Below are positions 18,653 through 27,543 of a stretch of DNA of 64,000 nucleotides, piece by piece. The notes below the pieces were generated by a model. It searched no databases and was not told where the DNA came from. It was given only the letters and a program-made list of their open reading frames with translations. Every line of letters starts with the position of its first letter. Positions within the stretch are counted from its first letter, which is position 1. This DNA is from Gemmatimonadota bacterium. GTDB lineage: Bacteria; Gemmatimonadota; Gemmatimonadetes; Gemmatimonadales; GWC2-71-9. The DNA lies in contig JBDHAB010000003.1 in assembly GCA_039588295.1 (NCBI GenBank), positions 73,983 to 137,982 on the forward strand. Direction: 5' to 3'. The translations under genes and the position numbers were made by a program.

Positions 18653-20347
18653 TCAGGCTCTGGAAATCGCGTGCTCGACGTGTCGGGCGACGCGGTCCGG
18701 GAAGTACCGGAGCAGACTCTCCGTGATCAGCGGCGCGGCGAGGCCCAGCCCGCAGGCGCTGATCGCCTTCATCGTCGATCCCAGGTCCGTGATTTCGTCG
18801 ATCCATGCCGAGAGGTCGTTCGGACCTGCTTCTCCAGCCAGTCGCTCCGTGATCCGCTGTGTCCCGATGCGGCACGGGAAGCACTTGCCACATGATTCGT
18901 GGGCAAAGAACGACATGGCGTCGCGCGCCACCGCGATCATGTCTCGACTGTCGTCAAATACCATAACCCCCCCGGCACCCAGAAAAGATCCCTTAGCGCG
19001 GATGGCGGGTTCGTCCAGCGTGACGTCGAGGTCGTCGCCGGCCAGGAATCCACCCGAAAGACCGGCCATGGTGACGGCTTGAAACGAGCGTCCCTGCGGC
19101 GGGCCGCCCGCCCAGTCGTTCAGCAGCGTCGGCAGCGGGAGCCCAATCGGGACCTCGTAGTTGCCGGGGCGCCGGATGTCCCCCGACAGGCTGATCACTT
19201 TGGTGCCGGCGTGTCCGTTGAGGCCGAGGCCGCGGTACCACTCGGCCCCGTGGTGCACGATGGGCGGTGCCGATGCAAGCGTCTCGACGTTGTTCACGAC
19301 GGTTGGTAGATCCTCGTAACCGTGGGTGACCGGGAACGGCGGCCGGTTGCGCGGGAACGGGTGCTTGCCTTCGAGACTGTTCAGAAGGGATCCTTCTTCA
19401 CCGCAAATATAGGCGCCGGCTCCGCGTCGGACGTGCACGTCGAACGTGAAGTCCGTGCCGAGAATGCTGGTTCCCACGAGCTTGGCTTCCTGGGCCTCGC
19501 CGATTGCGCGCTCGAGCGTCGTGAACGTCTCCGGATACTCGTAGCGCAGGTAGATGAACCCGCGCGTCGCGCCCGCTGCGTACGCCGCCAGCGTCATGCC
19601 CTCGATGACGGCGTGTGGATCATAGTCGAGAATGGCGCGATCCTTGAAACAGCCCGGTTCGCCCTCGTCGGCGTTACAAACCACGAACTTCGGAGATCTC
19701 TCGGCCTCGGCAACGGCCTTCCATTTGGTTCCCGTTGGGAATCCGGCTCCCCCGCGCCCGGCCAGCTCACCCTCGCTGATGAGCTGAATGATGTCAGCGG
19801 GCGCAAGCGTGCGGATCGCCCGCTCGAGTGCCTGATACCCGCCGCCGCGGCGATACCCGCCGATCGTTGCCCGTCCAGGGTCGCGAATATGGGCAAACAC
19901 ACACTCCTCGGTGCCGCCCGGGTTGGGAGGCGGCACCGGCCCGGGCCGCGCCTCCAGGCCGCTTGCGTTAATCCCGACTAAGACACGATTGCCCAGCAGC
20001 ACCGGAACGGGGTCGTCGCATCGCCCCGCACATGGCATGGCGGTGGCTCCGTCACGCTCCAGCTCCTGCAACAGTTCGAGACCGCCTTTGCGACAGCATA
20101 CGGGACCGGTGCACACACGCGGAGCTTCGAATCCATTGGGGTTCCGCGCGAAGTGGTGGTAGAACGTGATGCTGCCAAAGAGATCGGCCAACGGGATGCG
20201 AAGTGCAGCCGCAACGTCCCGCATGGTTTCTTCGGATAGGTAGCCATCGCGCTGGTGGAATGCGTGAAGCGCGGGGAGCAGCGGAGCGGGCTCGTCCCGC
20301 CAGCGCTCGATGATCTGGCTGTTGGTGGGGATGGACGTCACGGGCAT
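18653..20347 (-). CDS. Fused NuoE/NuoF-like NAD(H)-binding flavin/Fe-S subunit of formate dehydrogenase
   Basis: NuoE-like LLPALH..H..DGYLS, VCTGPVC, PCAGRC; NuoF-like LAGRGGAGFPTGTKW, CNADEGEPG, GAGAYICGEE, NNVETL, ESCGKCFPCRIG, CGLG. Confidence 0.93.
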   Translation of the reverse strand: MPVTSIPTNSQIIERWRDEPAPLLPALHAFHQRDGYLSEETMRDVAAALRIPLADLFGSITFYHHFARNPNGFEAPRVCTGPVCCRKGGLELLQELERDGATAMPCAGRCDDPVPVLLGNRVLVGINASGLEARPGPVPPPNPGGTEECVFAHIRDPGRATIGGYRRGGGYQALERAIRTLAPADIIQLISEGELAGRGGAGFPTGTKWKAVAEAERSPKFVVCNADEGEPGCFKDRAILDYDPHAVIEGMTLAAYAAGATRGFIYLRYEYPETFTTLERAIGEAQEAKLVGTSILGTDFTFDVHVRRGAGAYICGEEGSLLNSLEGKHPFPRNRPPFPVTHGYEDLPTVVNNVETLASAPPIVHHGAEWYRGLGLNGHAGTKVISLSGDIRRPGNYEVPIGLPLPTLLNDWAGGPPQGRSFQAVTMAGLSGGFLAGDDLDVTLDEPAIRAKGSFLGAGGVMVFDDSRDMIAVARDAMSFFAHESCGKCFPCRIGTQRITERLAGEAGPNDLSAWIDEITDLGSTMKAISACGLGLAAPLITESLLRYFPDRVARHVEHAISRA

Positions 20348-20393
20348 ATCCTATTCAAAAGCTAGTGAATCGAAACCCCGCCGCAACGCGCGC

Positions 20394-21218
20394 CTACCGG
20401 GACGACAGGTGTCCCCCACCTGCGTACAGGTTGAACGCCTCGCCCCGCGCAAACCCTATCAGAAGCATGTCGAGCGATGCGGCGAGCTCAACGGCCAGCG
20501 ACGACGGGGCGGATACGCCCATGACGCCGCCGATGCCCGCGACCGCGGCCTTCTGCACGATCTCGAAACTCTGTCGTCCCGACACCACGAGCACGCAAGG
20601 GGGTAGGGGCCACTGCTGCTGAGCCGCTGCCCCGATGGCCTTATCGACGGCGTTGTGGCGGCCGACGTCCTCTCGAACGGCGAGTTCCACTCCGTCGGTG
20701 GCGTAGACACCCGCCGCATGCAGCCCCCCGGTTGCGTCGAATGTGGGCTGGCGAGCACGCAACCGCGTGGTGAGCTCGACCAGGCGCGCCGGTTCCATCG
20801 TGAATGGGCGTGCAGGCCGCGCAAACAACTGCACGGCCTCGATCGACGCCTTGCCGCAGACCCCACAGGAGCTCGACACGAACATGTTGCGCTGGAACCG
20901 TTGCGGATCCACCTCGATGCCGTCGCGTAGTACGACGTTGAGCCGCGATGCGTCCAAGTGTTCGATGGCGCCGATCTCCCCGGGAGCGAGCAAGATCCCC
21001 TCGGTCAGGAGAAAGCCGGTGACCAGGTCCTCGTCGTCACCCGGCGTGCGCATCACGACCGCCAGGGGCGTGCCCTGGAGCCGCAGTTCGAGTGGATCTT
21101 CGTGCGCAACCGCGTCGGAGACACGCTCGGTCACCTCTGCGTCGTGCCGCACCACTTCGACGTCACGGATTCGTTCGGACACGTGCCTCCCCGGGGATGC
21201 GTGGATAGTGCGGACCAT
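20394..21218 (-). CDS. fdhD: Formate dehydrogenase accessory sulfurtransferase
   Basis: E.PL, VMRTPG.D..L..GFL.TEG, SSCGVCGK, TGGLHAA, EDVGRHNAVDK, SGRQSFEIVQKA, SAPSSLAV. Start uncertain. Confidence 0.95.
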   Translation of the reverse strand: MVRTIHASPGRHVSERIRDVEVVRHDAEVTERVSDAVAHEDPLELRLQGTPLAVVMRTPGDDEDLVTGFLLTEGILLAPGEIGAIEHLDASRLNVVLRDGIEVDPQRFQRNMFVSSSCGVCGKASIEAVQLFARPARPFTMEPARLVELTTRLRARQPTFDATGGLHAAGVYATDGVELAVREDVGRHNAVDKAIGAAAQQQWPLPPCVLVVSGRQSFEIVQKAAVAGIGGVMGVSAPSSLAVELAASLDMLLIGFARGEAFNLYAGGGHLSSR

Positions 21219-21316
21219 GGAAGACAGGGTCAAGCTGAGAGGTGGTCAATGATAGGTGGTTGGGCATCGAGACCGGGCGCTCACCCTCCGGTCCACCACC
21301 CACCAGCTACCCCCGC

Positions 21317-22600
21317 TTACCTACCACCCAAGAAATCCCACACCAAATACGCCATCGTCCGGATTCCCACAGGGATCGCGCTGTCGTCCGCCTGGAAGGT
21401 CGGCGTGTGGTGGTTGCCCGATGTGGTACCGGGTTTGAGCGTCCCGAGACGGTAGTACAGTCCCGGTACCTCGTTGGCGAAATACGAAAAGTCTTCAGCG
21501 ACCGTGGCAGGGTCGAACTCAAGCACGTTCTCCTCGCCCACGGCCCGCGCGAAGGTGGAGAGCATCCGCTCCGTGAGCGCCACGTCATTGATCGTAACCG
21601 GAATACCGCGTTCGTACTCCATCGCATAACTTCCGCCTCCGGCCGCCGTGATACCCCCGAGAATCTCACGCATGCGCCGCTCGATGAGATCCTGCGCCTC
21701 GGTGCTGTACGTGCGCACGGTGCCTTGCAGCTCGACCTCCTCGGGAATGATGTTCCAGCGCGTGCCTCCGCGGATGAGTCCCACGCTCACGACGGCCGGC
21801 TCCATCGGCGGAAGATTGCGTGAGCGGATAGTCTGGAGCGCTTGGACCGCCTGTGCGGCCATCACGATCGGGTCGGCACTCAGGTGCGGTGAGGCGCCGT
21901 GCGCACCGGTTCCTTTGACCGTGATCGTGAAGTGATCGGCGGCTGCGAGCGCCGGCCCAGGTGTGAAGGCCAGTTTACCGACTTCTAAGTTCCACGTGGT
22001 GTGCAAGCCGAAGATCGCTTCGGGGTTGTATGCTGTAAGGATGCCCTGCTTCACCATCAGTGCCGCTCCACCTTCCTCGCCTGGAGGCGCCCCTTCTTCG
22101 GCGGGTTGGAAGATGAACACCACAGTGCCCGGTACGTCCGTCTTCATCGACGCCAGCACCGACGCCACCCCGAGCTGGATCGCGGTATGCACGTCGTGGC
22201 CGCAGGCGTGAGAGACACCGACCTCCTGCCCGAGATAGGTGGTGCGCTCGGTGGACTTGAAGGGGTACGGTGTGTCTTCGGTGACGGGGAGTGCGTCCAT
22301 GTCCGCGCGAATGGCCACAACCCTCCCTGGTTGCCCGCCCCTGAGGATCCCGATGACGCCGGTATGAGCGACTCCAGTGCGAACCTCGTCGAACCCGAGC
22401 GCCCGAAGCCGCTCAGCGACCAACCGTGCGGTCTCGAACTCCCGGTTGCCGAGTTCGGGGTGCTGATGGAGGTGATGGCGGATTCGTACCATCTCGGAGG
22501 TCACCTCTTGCACCGCCGCGTCGATTCTGTCGTATTGCGTGTGTGCGGGTGGCGCAGCGAGAAGGACGAGGGCGGCAACAACGACAAGAGTTCGGATCAT
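21317..22600 (-). CDS. Secreted M20 family amidohydrolase
   Basis: Signal peptide MIRTLVVVAALVLLAAPPAHT; HQHPELGNRE, RADMDALP, HACGHDVH, FQPAEEG, AEDFSY, HH. Confidence 0.93.
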   Translation of the reverse strand: MIRTLVVVAALVLLAAPPAHTQYDRIDAAVQEVTSEMVRIRHHLHQHPELGNREFETARLVAERLRALGFDEVRTGVAHTGVIGILRGGQPGRVVAIRADMDALPVTEDTPYPFKSTERTTYLGQEVGVSHACGHDVHTAIQLGVASVLASMKTDVPGTVVFIFQPAEEGAPPGEEGGAALMVKQGILTAYNPEAIFGLHTTWNLEVGKLAFTPGPALAAADHFTITVKGTGAHGASPHLSADPIVMAAQAVQALQTIRSRNLPPMEPAVVSVGLIRGGTRWNIIPEEVELQGTVRTYSTEAQDLIERRMREILGGITAAGGGSYAMEYERGIPVTINDVALTERMLSTFARAVGEENVLEFDPATVAEDFSYFANEVPGLYYRLGTLKPGTTSGNHHTPTFQADDSAIPVGIRTMAYLVWDFLGGR

Positions 22601-22729
22601 GGCAACGGTTAGGAGTGCGGGGGATCGGAGGTGTGCGTGGCAGCAAGTGAGGAAACTAGAGTATGCGGCACGGTCTGCGCTAGACCGGTGCCGCACGCGG
22701 CAACACTTTGGCTCTCGTGGAGGGCTCAG

Positions 22730-23194
22730 ATGAATCGTCTGATCACAGGACTCTTGATGATCGTGATCGGCGCGTGCTACGCGGGTAACGAGCGCGCCGC
22801 AATGGAGGAGATCTTGGCTGCCGACCGAGCGTTTGCACAGGCCACGGCGGAAGGCGGAGTTGAGGGGTGGATATCGTACTTCGCCGATGACGGTGTCATG
22901 ATCTCGGGAGGTGGAGAGGTCGCGGGCGGGCAAGCGGTACGGGAGCTCATGAGCCCGGCGTTTGCCGATTCGAGCTTCAGTCTCACCTGGGAACCCATAC
23001 GTGGGGAGGTGTCGGCAGCAAATGATCTGGGATACACGATCGGGCGCTACGAGAGTCGCCGCGTGGGTGACGCTGGAGATACCACGGTCGAGAAAGGACT
23101 GTACGTGACGATTTGGCGGAAGCAGGTGGATGGGAGCTGGCGCGTGGCTCTGGATATCGGAGACTGCGAGGAGGCGGCGCCCTCGGGCAGCTAG
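22730..23194 (+). CDS. SnoaL/NTF2-like (DUF4440) protein, probable lipoprotein
   Basis: GGAGG RBS; IGAC lipobox; LTWEP...DLGYTIGRY...GLYVTIWRKQVDGSWRVALD. Confidence 0.85.
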   Translation: MNRLITGLLMIVIGACYAGNERAAMEEILAADRAFAQATAEGGVEGWISYFADDGVMISGGGEVAGGQAVRELMSPAFADSSFSLTWEPIRGEVSAANDLGYTIGRYESRRVGDAGDTTVEKGLYVTIWRKQVDGSWRVALDIGDCEEAAPSGS

Positions 23195-23211
23195 CTTCGG
23201 AGGATTCCGCT

Positions 23212-24336
23212 GTGCTGATGTCTGTGACGGGTCGCTGTTCACTCTGGCACGTCCGAGCCGCACGAGCCTGCGGCGTCGCGGCGGTCCTGTCGATCTGCGC
23301 CGCCGCCCCCTCCCGCGGACAACTCGTGCGCGGTGAGGTGGCGGAAGTGTTGAACGCGCGACCGGTGGGGTCGGCGTTCGTTCTCCTGATCGACGACGCT
23401 GGAGGCGAACGCGCGCGTACGATGACGGATGCATTGGGCCGGTTCACCATCCGTGCTCCCGACCCTGGGCGCTATCGGCTTCGTACTCTCGTGGTGGGAT
23501 ACCAACGATGGACCTCCGAGCCGTTCATGCTCGGCCGCGGAGAGACCAAGGTCGATCGAATCGAATTAGATCTCGTGCGCGCGGCGCTCCCCGTGTTTGT
23601 GGTGGAGGCGGAGCAGATCTGTCGCAAGCGACCCGGGGAAGGCCCGGCAACGGCCGCGCTGTGGGAAGAGATCAAGAACGCCTTGGCCGCGACCGAGTGG
23701 GCGATCAATCGACGAGATTACCGCTTCATCACCATGACGGCTGAGCGCTCCCTGGATCGCCATCTCGTGGTGTCAGAAGAGATGGAACAGACCAGCACCG
23801 CGTTCAGCTACTGGCCGTTCGTCAGTCTGCCACCGGAGCAACTTGCCGAGCGCGGTTTCGTTCAGGACGCCATCGGTGGTCCCGTGTACTACGGTCCGGA
23901 CGCTCGAGTGTTGGTTTCCGATGCTTTCCTCGATCAGCATTGTTTTCGTGTGCGCCGCAAGCGTGATCAGGGAGTGTCATTAGTCGGCCTGGCGTTCGAG
24001 CCGGTCGATCGTCGCCGGGTTCCCGACATTGAGGGGGTGCTGTGGGTCGACTCGGCGACCGTAGAGCTTCGCCTGCTGGAGTACCGCTATACCGGGCTGC
24101 CGCGGTGGGCTCCCGAATCCCGGGTCGGCGGCTCCATTGAGTTCGCGCAGCTCGAGACCGGCGCGTGGTTCATCCGGCGCTGGCGATTACGCGCGCCGGT
24201 CCCGCAGGTGTTCCCGGGGCGGCGCGATACGCTGCTGTACGGCTTCAAGGAGAAGACGGGCGACGTCGTCGAGGTAATGACGGCGACCGGTACGTCGCTG
24301 ATTCGATTCGAATCGGAGGCACATCGGCCGCGCTAG
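23212..24336 (+). CDS. Secreted protein with carboxypeptidase regulatory-like N-terminal domain
   Basis: Signal-like N-terminus; LVRGEV...PVGSAFVLL...TDALGRFTIRAPDPGRYRLRTLVVGY; GGAGG RBS upstream. Confidence 0.75.
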   Translation: MLMSVTGRCSLWHVRAARACGVAAVLSICAAAPSRGQLVRGEVAEVLNARPVGSAFVLLIDDAGGERARTMTDALGRFTIRAPDPGRYRLRTLVVGYQRWTSEPFMLGRGETKVDRIELDLVRAALPVFVVEAEQICRKRPGEGPATAALWEEIKNALAATEWAINRRDYRFITMTAERSLDRHLVVSEEMEQTSTAFSYWPFVSLPPEQLAERGFVQDAIGGPVYYGPDARVLVSDAFLDQHCFRVRRKRDQGVSLVGLAFEPVDRRRVPDIEGVLWVDSATVELRLLEYRYTGLPRWAPESRVGGSIEFAQLETGAWFIRRWRLRAPVPQVFPGRRDTLLYGFKEKTGDVVEVMTATGTSLIRFESEAHRPR

Positions 24337-25343
24337 CGTCGGGGGGGTACGAGCCCGTTGTCCACGAACCAGCGCACGGTTCGACGGAGCGCCTCTTGAG
24401 GTTGGACGGACGGCTGCCACCCCAACTCCCGGATTGCCCGTTCCGAGCTGTAGGGGTTCTCGCGAGCGAGAAAGCGGCCACTCGACGATCCCAATCCCGT
24501 GTAGTGTCCTGGTCGCGCGAGGCGGTACAGGCGGTGCCACAGCGAACCGGCCGCCACGGCGACTGAAAGCGGTACCCGCAGGAACCGCATCCGTGTTCCA
24601 AGTGCCGCACCGGCGATCTCGAAAAACTCCCTCTGCGTCAGTCGACCGTCGTTCGTGACGTTGAACGGGCCCGTGACGTCCGGGCGCTCGAGAGCGGCAA
24701 GAACGGCCTGCGCCACGTTGCCTGCGTATACCACGGCCAGCCCGTTGTCGCCCCTGCCGACCAACGGTGCCACTCCGTAGCGGAGGACTCCAAGCAGCCG
24801 AGCGAGGAACAGGCGCTCCCCCTCGCCGTAGATCACGCACGGTCGAAGCGCGACGCTGGCGGCAGCTCGGATGGACGCTGTTTCCCACACGGTCTCCTCC
24901 GCCATGCGTTTGGACCGAGCGTAGTAGTCCGCATCGGCAATTGGAGCGGGTGGTGTGTCTTCCACGACAGGATGCCCGCGCTCCGCACTGGGCCGCCGTC
25001 CGTACACCGCCACCGAGGAGATGTGAACGAACCGCGCTCCGGTGCGTGCGGCCATAGTCGCGGCAAGACGCGTCCCCTGTACGTTGACCTGCCAGTAGGT
25101 GTCCCAGTTCGTCGCCGCTGTCACGAGCGCTGCGGCATGAACGATTGCCTCGGCATGTGGCGCAGCGTTCCAGCTCTCCTCGACCTCGACGCGACCCCGA
25201 ACGGCGCCGGCGCCGAGACGTTCGACGAATCGTACCCCCTCAGGTGAACGGACGAGCGCGTGGACCTCGTGACCGGATTCGACGAGCTGTCCGATGGTGT
25301 GACGACCGACCAGCCCCGTACCTCCGGTTACCAGGACTTTCAT
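24333..25343 (-). CDS. NAD-dependent epimerase/dehydratase (extended SDR)
   Basis: MKVLVTGGTGLVG, HAAA, HISSVAVYG, YARSK, LRPCVIYG. ATGA overlap with the upstream gene. Confidence 0.92.
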   Translation of the reverse strand: MKVLVTGGTGLVGRHTIGQLVESGHEVHALVRSPEGVRFVERLGAGAVRGRVEVEESWNAAPHAEAIVHAAALVTAATNWDTYWQVNVQGTRLAATMAARTGARFVHISSVAVYGRRPSAERGHPVVEDTPPAPIADADYYARSKRMAEETVWETASIRAAASVALRPCVIYGEGERLFLARLLGVLRYGVAPLVGRGDNGLAVVYAGNVAQAVLAALERPDVTGPFNVTNDGRLTQREFFEIAGAALGTRMRFLRVPLSVAVAAGSLWHRLYRLARPGHYTGLGSSSGRFLARENPYSSERAIRELGWQPSVQPQEALRRTVRWFVDNGLVPPRR

Positions 25344-26533
25344 AGAGCCAGCGCCACGGCGCGTGCGCCGAGAACGATGCACAGGACGGCCACCAAGACG
25401 CCCACGAGGTTCGCCCACCATGAGTTGACGTGTTCTCCCAACCGACTTCGGTCGTTCATGGCGATCAGCAATACGATTGCTACGATGGGAAGGGCGAGAC
25501 CGTTGACTATTTGCGCGAAGAAGATGAGTGGCACGGGCCGGACGCTCGTGAGTGCCGCGATGGCACCGACTCCCACCGCGGCCAGCCACGCGGTGCGGGC
25601 CACCGGCGTGCGGACATCGCGGCCGCGGCCCAATGCATCGAGCAGCGTATAGGCGGCTGCCAAGGGAGCGGTAATCGCCGAGGACACGCCGGCGGCGGCG
25701 TATCCCAAGGCGAAGGCCTGACTCGCCCAGCCGCCGAGTATCGGAGTGAGTTGCGCCGCCATGTCCGATGTAGAATGCACGTCGGCGCCGTCGAGCGCTG
25801 CCGCCGCTGTCACCACGACCGCCGCAGAGACGAGTCCGCCCACCCCGATGGCGATGGCAAGGTCCAGTCGGACTGCCGGCAGGTCCGCAGCACTCGACCA
25901 TCGCTCGCGTACCACCGCGGCGTGGAGGAAGAGGTTGTAGGGCACAATCGTGGTGCCGATGAGCGCTAGTGCCGTGAGTTCTCCACCGGTAGGAATGCGG
26001 GGCGCGAACGTGCCACGCACCAGGGATCCCAGGTGCGGGGTGACCAGGATTGCGGTTGCAATGAATACGAGCCCCATGAGCGCAACGCAGCCGGCCAGCA
26101 CGCGCTCCAGCCAACGATACCGACCCGACCACAAGAGGAGTCCCGCCAACGCTGCGCCGATACCCACCCATCCGCGAAGTGGCATGCCGGTGATGGACTC
26201 GAGCCCCAGTGCAGCCCCCGTGAGATTGCCCGCTTCGTAGGCCGCCGCGCCGCTCAGCACGGCTGCGGTCGCCAGCGTGACGAGCGCCATGCCGATCCAG
26301 CGCGGTCCTCGTACGGCACGAAGTGCCTGGCCGAGTCCAGCGCCCGTGGTGAGTCCGAGCCGGGCGCTCATTTCCTGTAGAACGATCGTGGCCACGGTGG
26401 CGAAGAGGAGCGCCCAGAGGAGCGTCACACCGTATCGAGCGCCTGCGAGCGTTGCGGTGGTAACGGTGCCGGGACCGATGAACGCCGCGGCCACAACGGC
26501 GCCCGGTCCCACCCCGCGCCAACGTGAGTTCAC
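25340..26533 (-). CDS. Nramp-superfamily (YcsG-like) transporter
   Basis: GPGAVVAAAFIGPGTVTTA..AGA.YG..LLW, LQEMSARLG, GTTIVPYNLFLH. GTGA overlap with the ygfZ stop. Confidence 0.9.
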   Translation of the reverse strand: MNSRWRGVGPGAVVAAAFIGPGTVTTATLAGARYGVTLLWALLFATVATIVLQEMSARLGLTTGAGLGQALRAVRGPRWIGMALVTLATAAVLSGAAAYEAGNLTGAALGLESITGMPLRGWVGIGAALAGLLLWSGRYRWLERVLAGCVALMGLVFIATAILVTPHLGSLVRGTFAPRIPTGGELTALALIGTTIVPYNLFLHAAVVRERWSSAADLPAVRLDLAIAIGVGGLVSAAVVVTAAAALDGADVHSTSDMAAQLTPILGGWASQAFALGYAAAGVSSAITAPLAAAYTLLDALGRGRDVRTPVARTAWLAAVGVGAIAALTSVRPVPLIFFAQIVNGLALPIVAIVLLIAMNDRSRLGEHVNSWWANLVGVLVAVLCIVLGARAVALAL

Positions 26534-27543
26534 TCGAGGACGAACGGCAGTGGAACGGCGGAGGCCCGCGAACCAGCCGCGTCCAATGCGGTCCCCGGCT
26601 CGATCTCGCGGCGGATGAGTCCGAGGCCGATGTAGCGGTCGATCCGATTGAGCCACGCCATGCTCGTCACCCGCCCAACGGTCTTGCCATCATGGACGAC
26701 GTCGGAAACGGTCGGGCTTGGAACGCTCTCCCACATCAGTCCTGAGAGCCACCGGTTGGCATGCCCTCGAAAATGGACCCGGGCGACGGTCTCCTGTCCC
26801 GTGTAGCAGCCCTTCTGGTGGGATACGCCGTCGATGTCGTCGAAGCGGACTTCCTGCGGCAAAGTCTTCGGTCCGATTTCAGCTCCGACCAGCGGCCATC
26901 CGGCGAGTATCCGCGCGAGCTCGAGTGACTTGGGACTACCCCGTATGATGCCGGCGTCATCGAGCATCGCCAGCACATGGTCCGCCTCTTCTCGATCGCA
27001 CACGAGTTGAAGCGCGAACGGTTGGCCGAGACCCGGGCGGCCGGCAGTATAGTCGGTGCCGTCGAGGGTTCCCTCTGCGACGTGCCCCGGATCCGGGAGC
27101 TCGACGCCGGCATCGGACGCTCGACGTAGTGATTCGGGGCCAACGAGCCGGAGCGTTGCCAAATCCGAAGACCGATCGATGGTGCGAGCCAACCGTGGCG
27201 GAAGCGTGCGCTTGAAGACCTGCGCGAGGGGGTCGATAGCGTTCCTTGGGGTGTACAGCATGAGCTCGGCACCGGCCCGCGCCACCCAGAGGTCGGCAAT
27301 GATCATGCCTTTCGGGGTAAGCACGGCGCCGTAGATGAAACCGTGCGGGCCGGCCGTCTCGACATCGTTGGTCACCAGTCCCTGGATACACTGCACAGCA
27401 CCGTTCCCGGTGACTGCGGTCACGGCGGTGTCGGATGTCGAGACAACCGCGCCGTGCGACACGGCGTCAGCCTCACCGGCGGGGATGTCCTTTGCAGTGA
27501 ATCGGACGAGTCGAGGCATATCAGGCGTGAGATCAGTGTCCAT
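26530..27543 (-). CDS. ygfZ: Folate-binding YgfZ/GcvT family protein
   Basis: Signature KGCYTGQETVAR; QGLVTNDV, LTPKG. Confidence 0.88.
   Translation of the reverse strand: MDTDLTPDMPRLVRFTAKDIPAGEADAVSHGAVVSTSDTAVTAVTGNGAVQCIQGLVTNDVETAGPHGFIYGAVLTPKGMIIADLWVARAGAELMLYTPRNAIDPLAQVFKRTLPPRLARTIDRSSDLATLRLVGPESLRRASDAGVELPDPGHVAEGTLDGTDYTAGRPGLGQPFALQLVCDREEADHVLAMLDDAGIIRGSPKSLELARILAGWPLVGAEIGPKTLPQEVRFDDIDGVSHQKGCYTGQETVARVHFRGHANRWLSGLMWESVPSPTVSDVVHDGKTVGRVTSMAWLNRIDRYIGLGLIRREIEPGTALDAAGSRASAVPLPFVLE

Noticed and set aside
20353..20370. ATTCA-N8-TGAAT inverted repeat upstream of nuoEF as a redox-regulator site
   Set aside because: The arms are only 5 bp and do not match a consensus I can name with confidence.
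21988..22003. parS-like GTTCCACGTGG
   Set aside because: The right arm (AAC) is missing and it lies within a coding region, so it is only a partial match.
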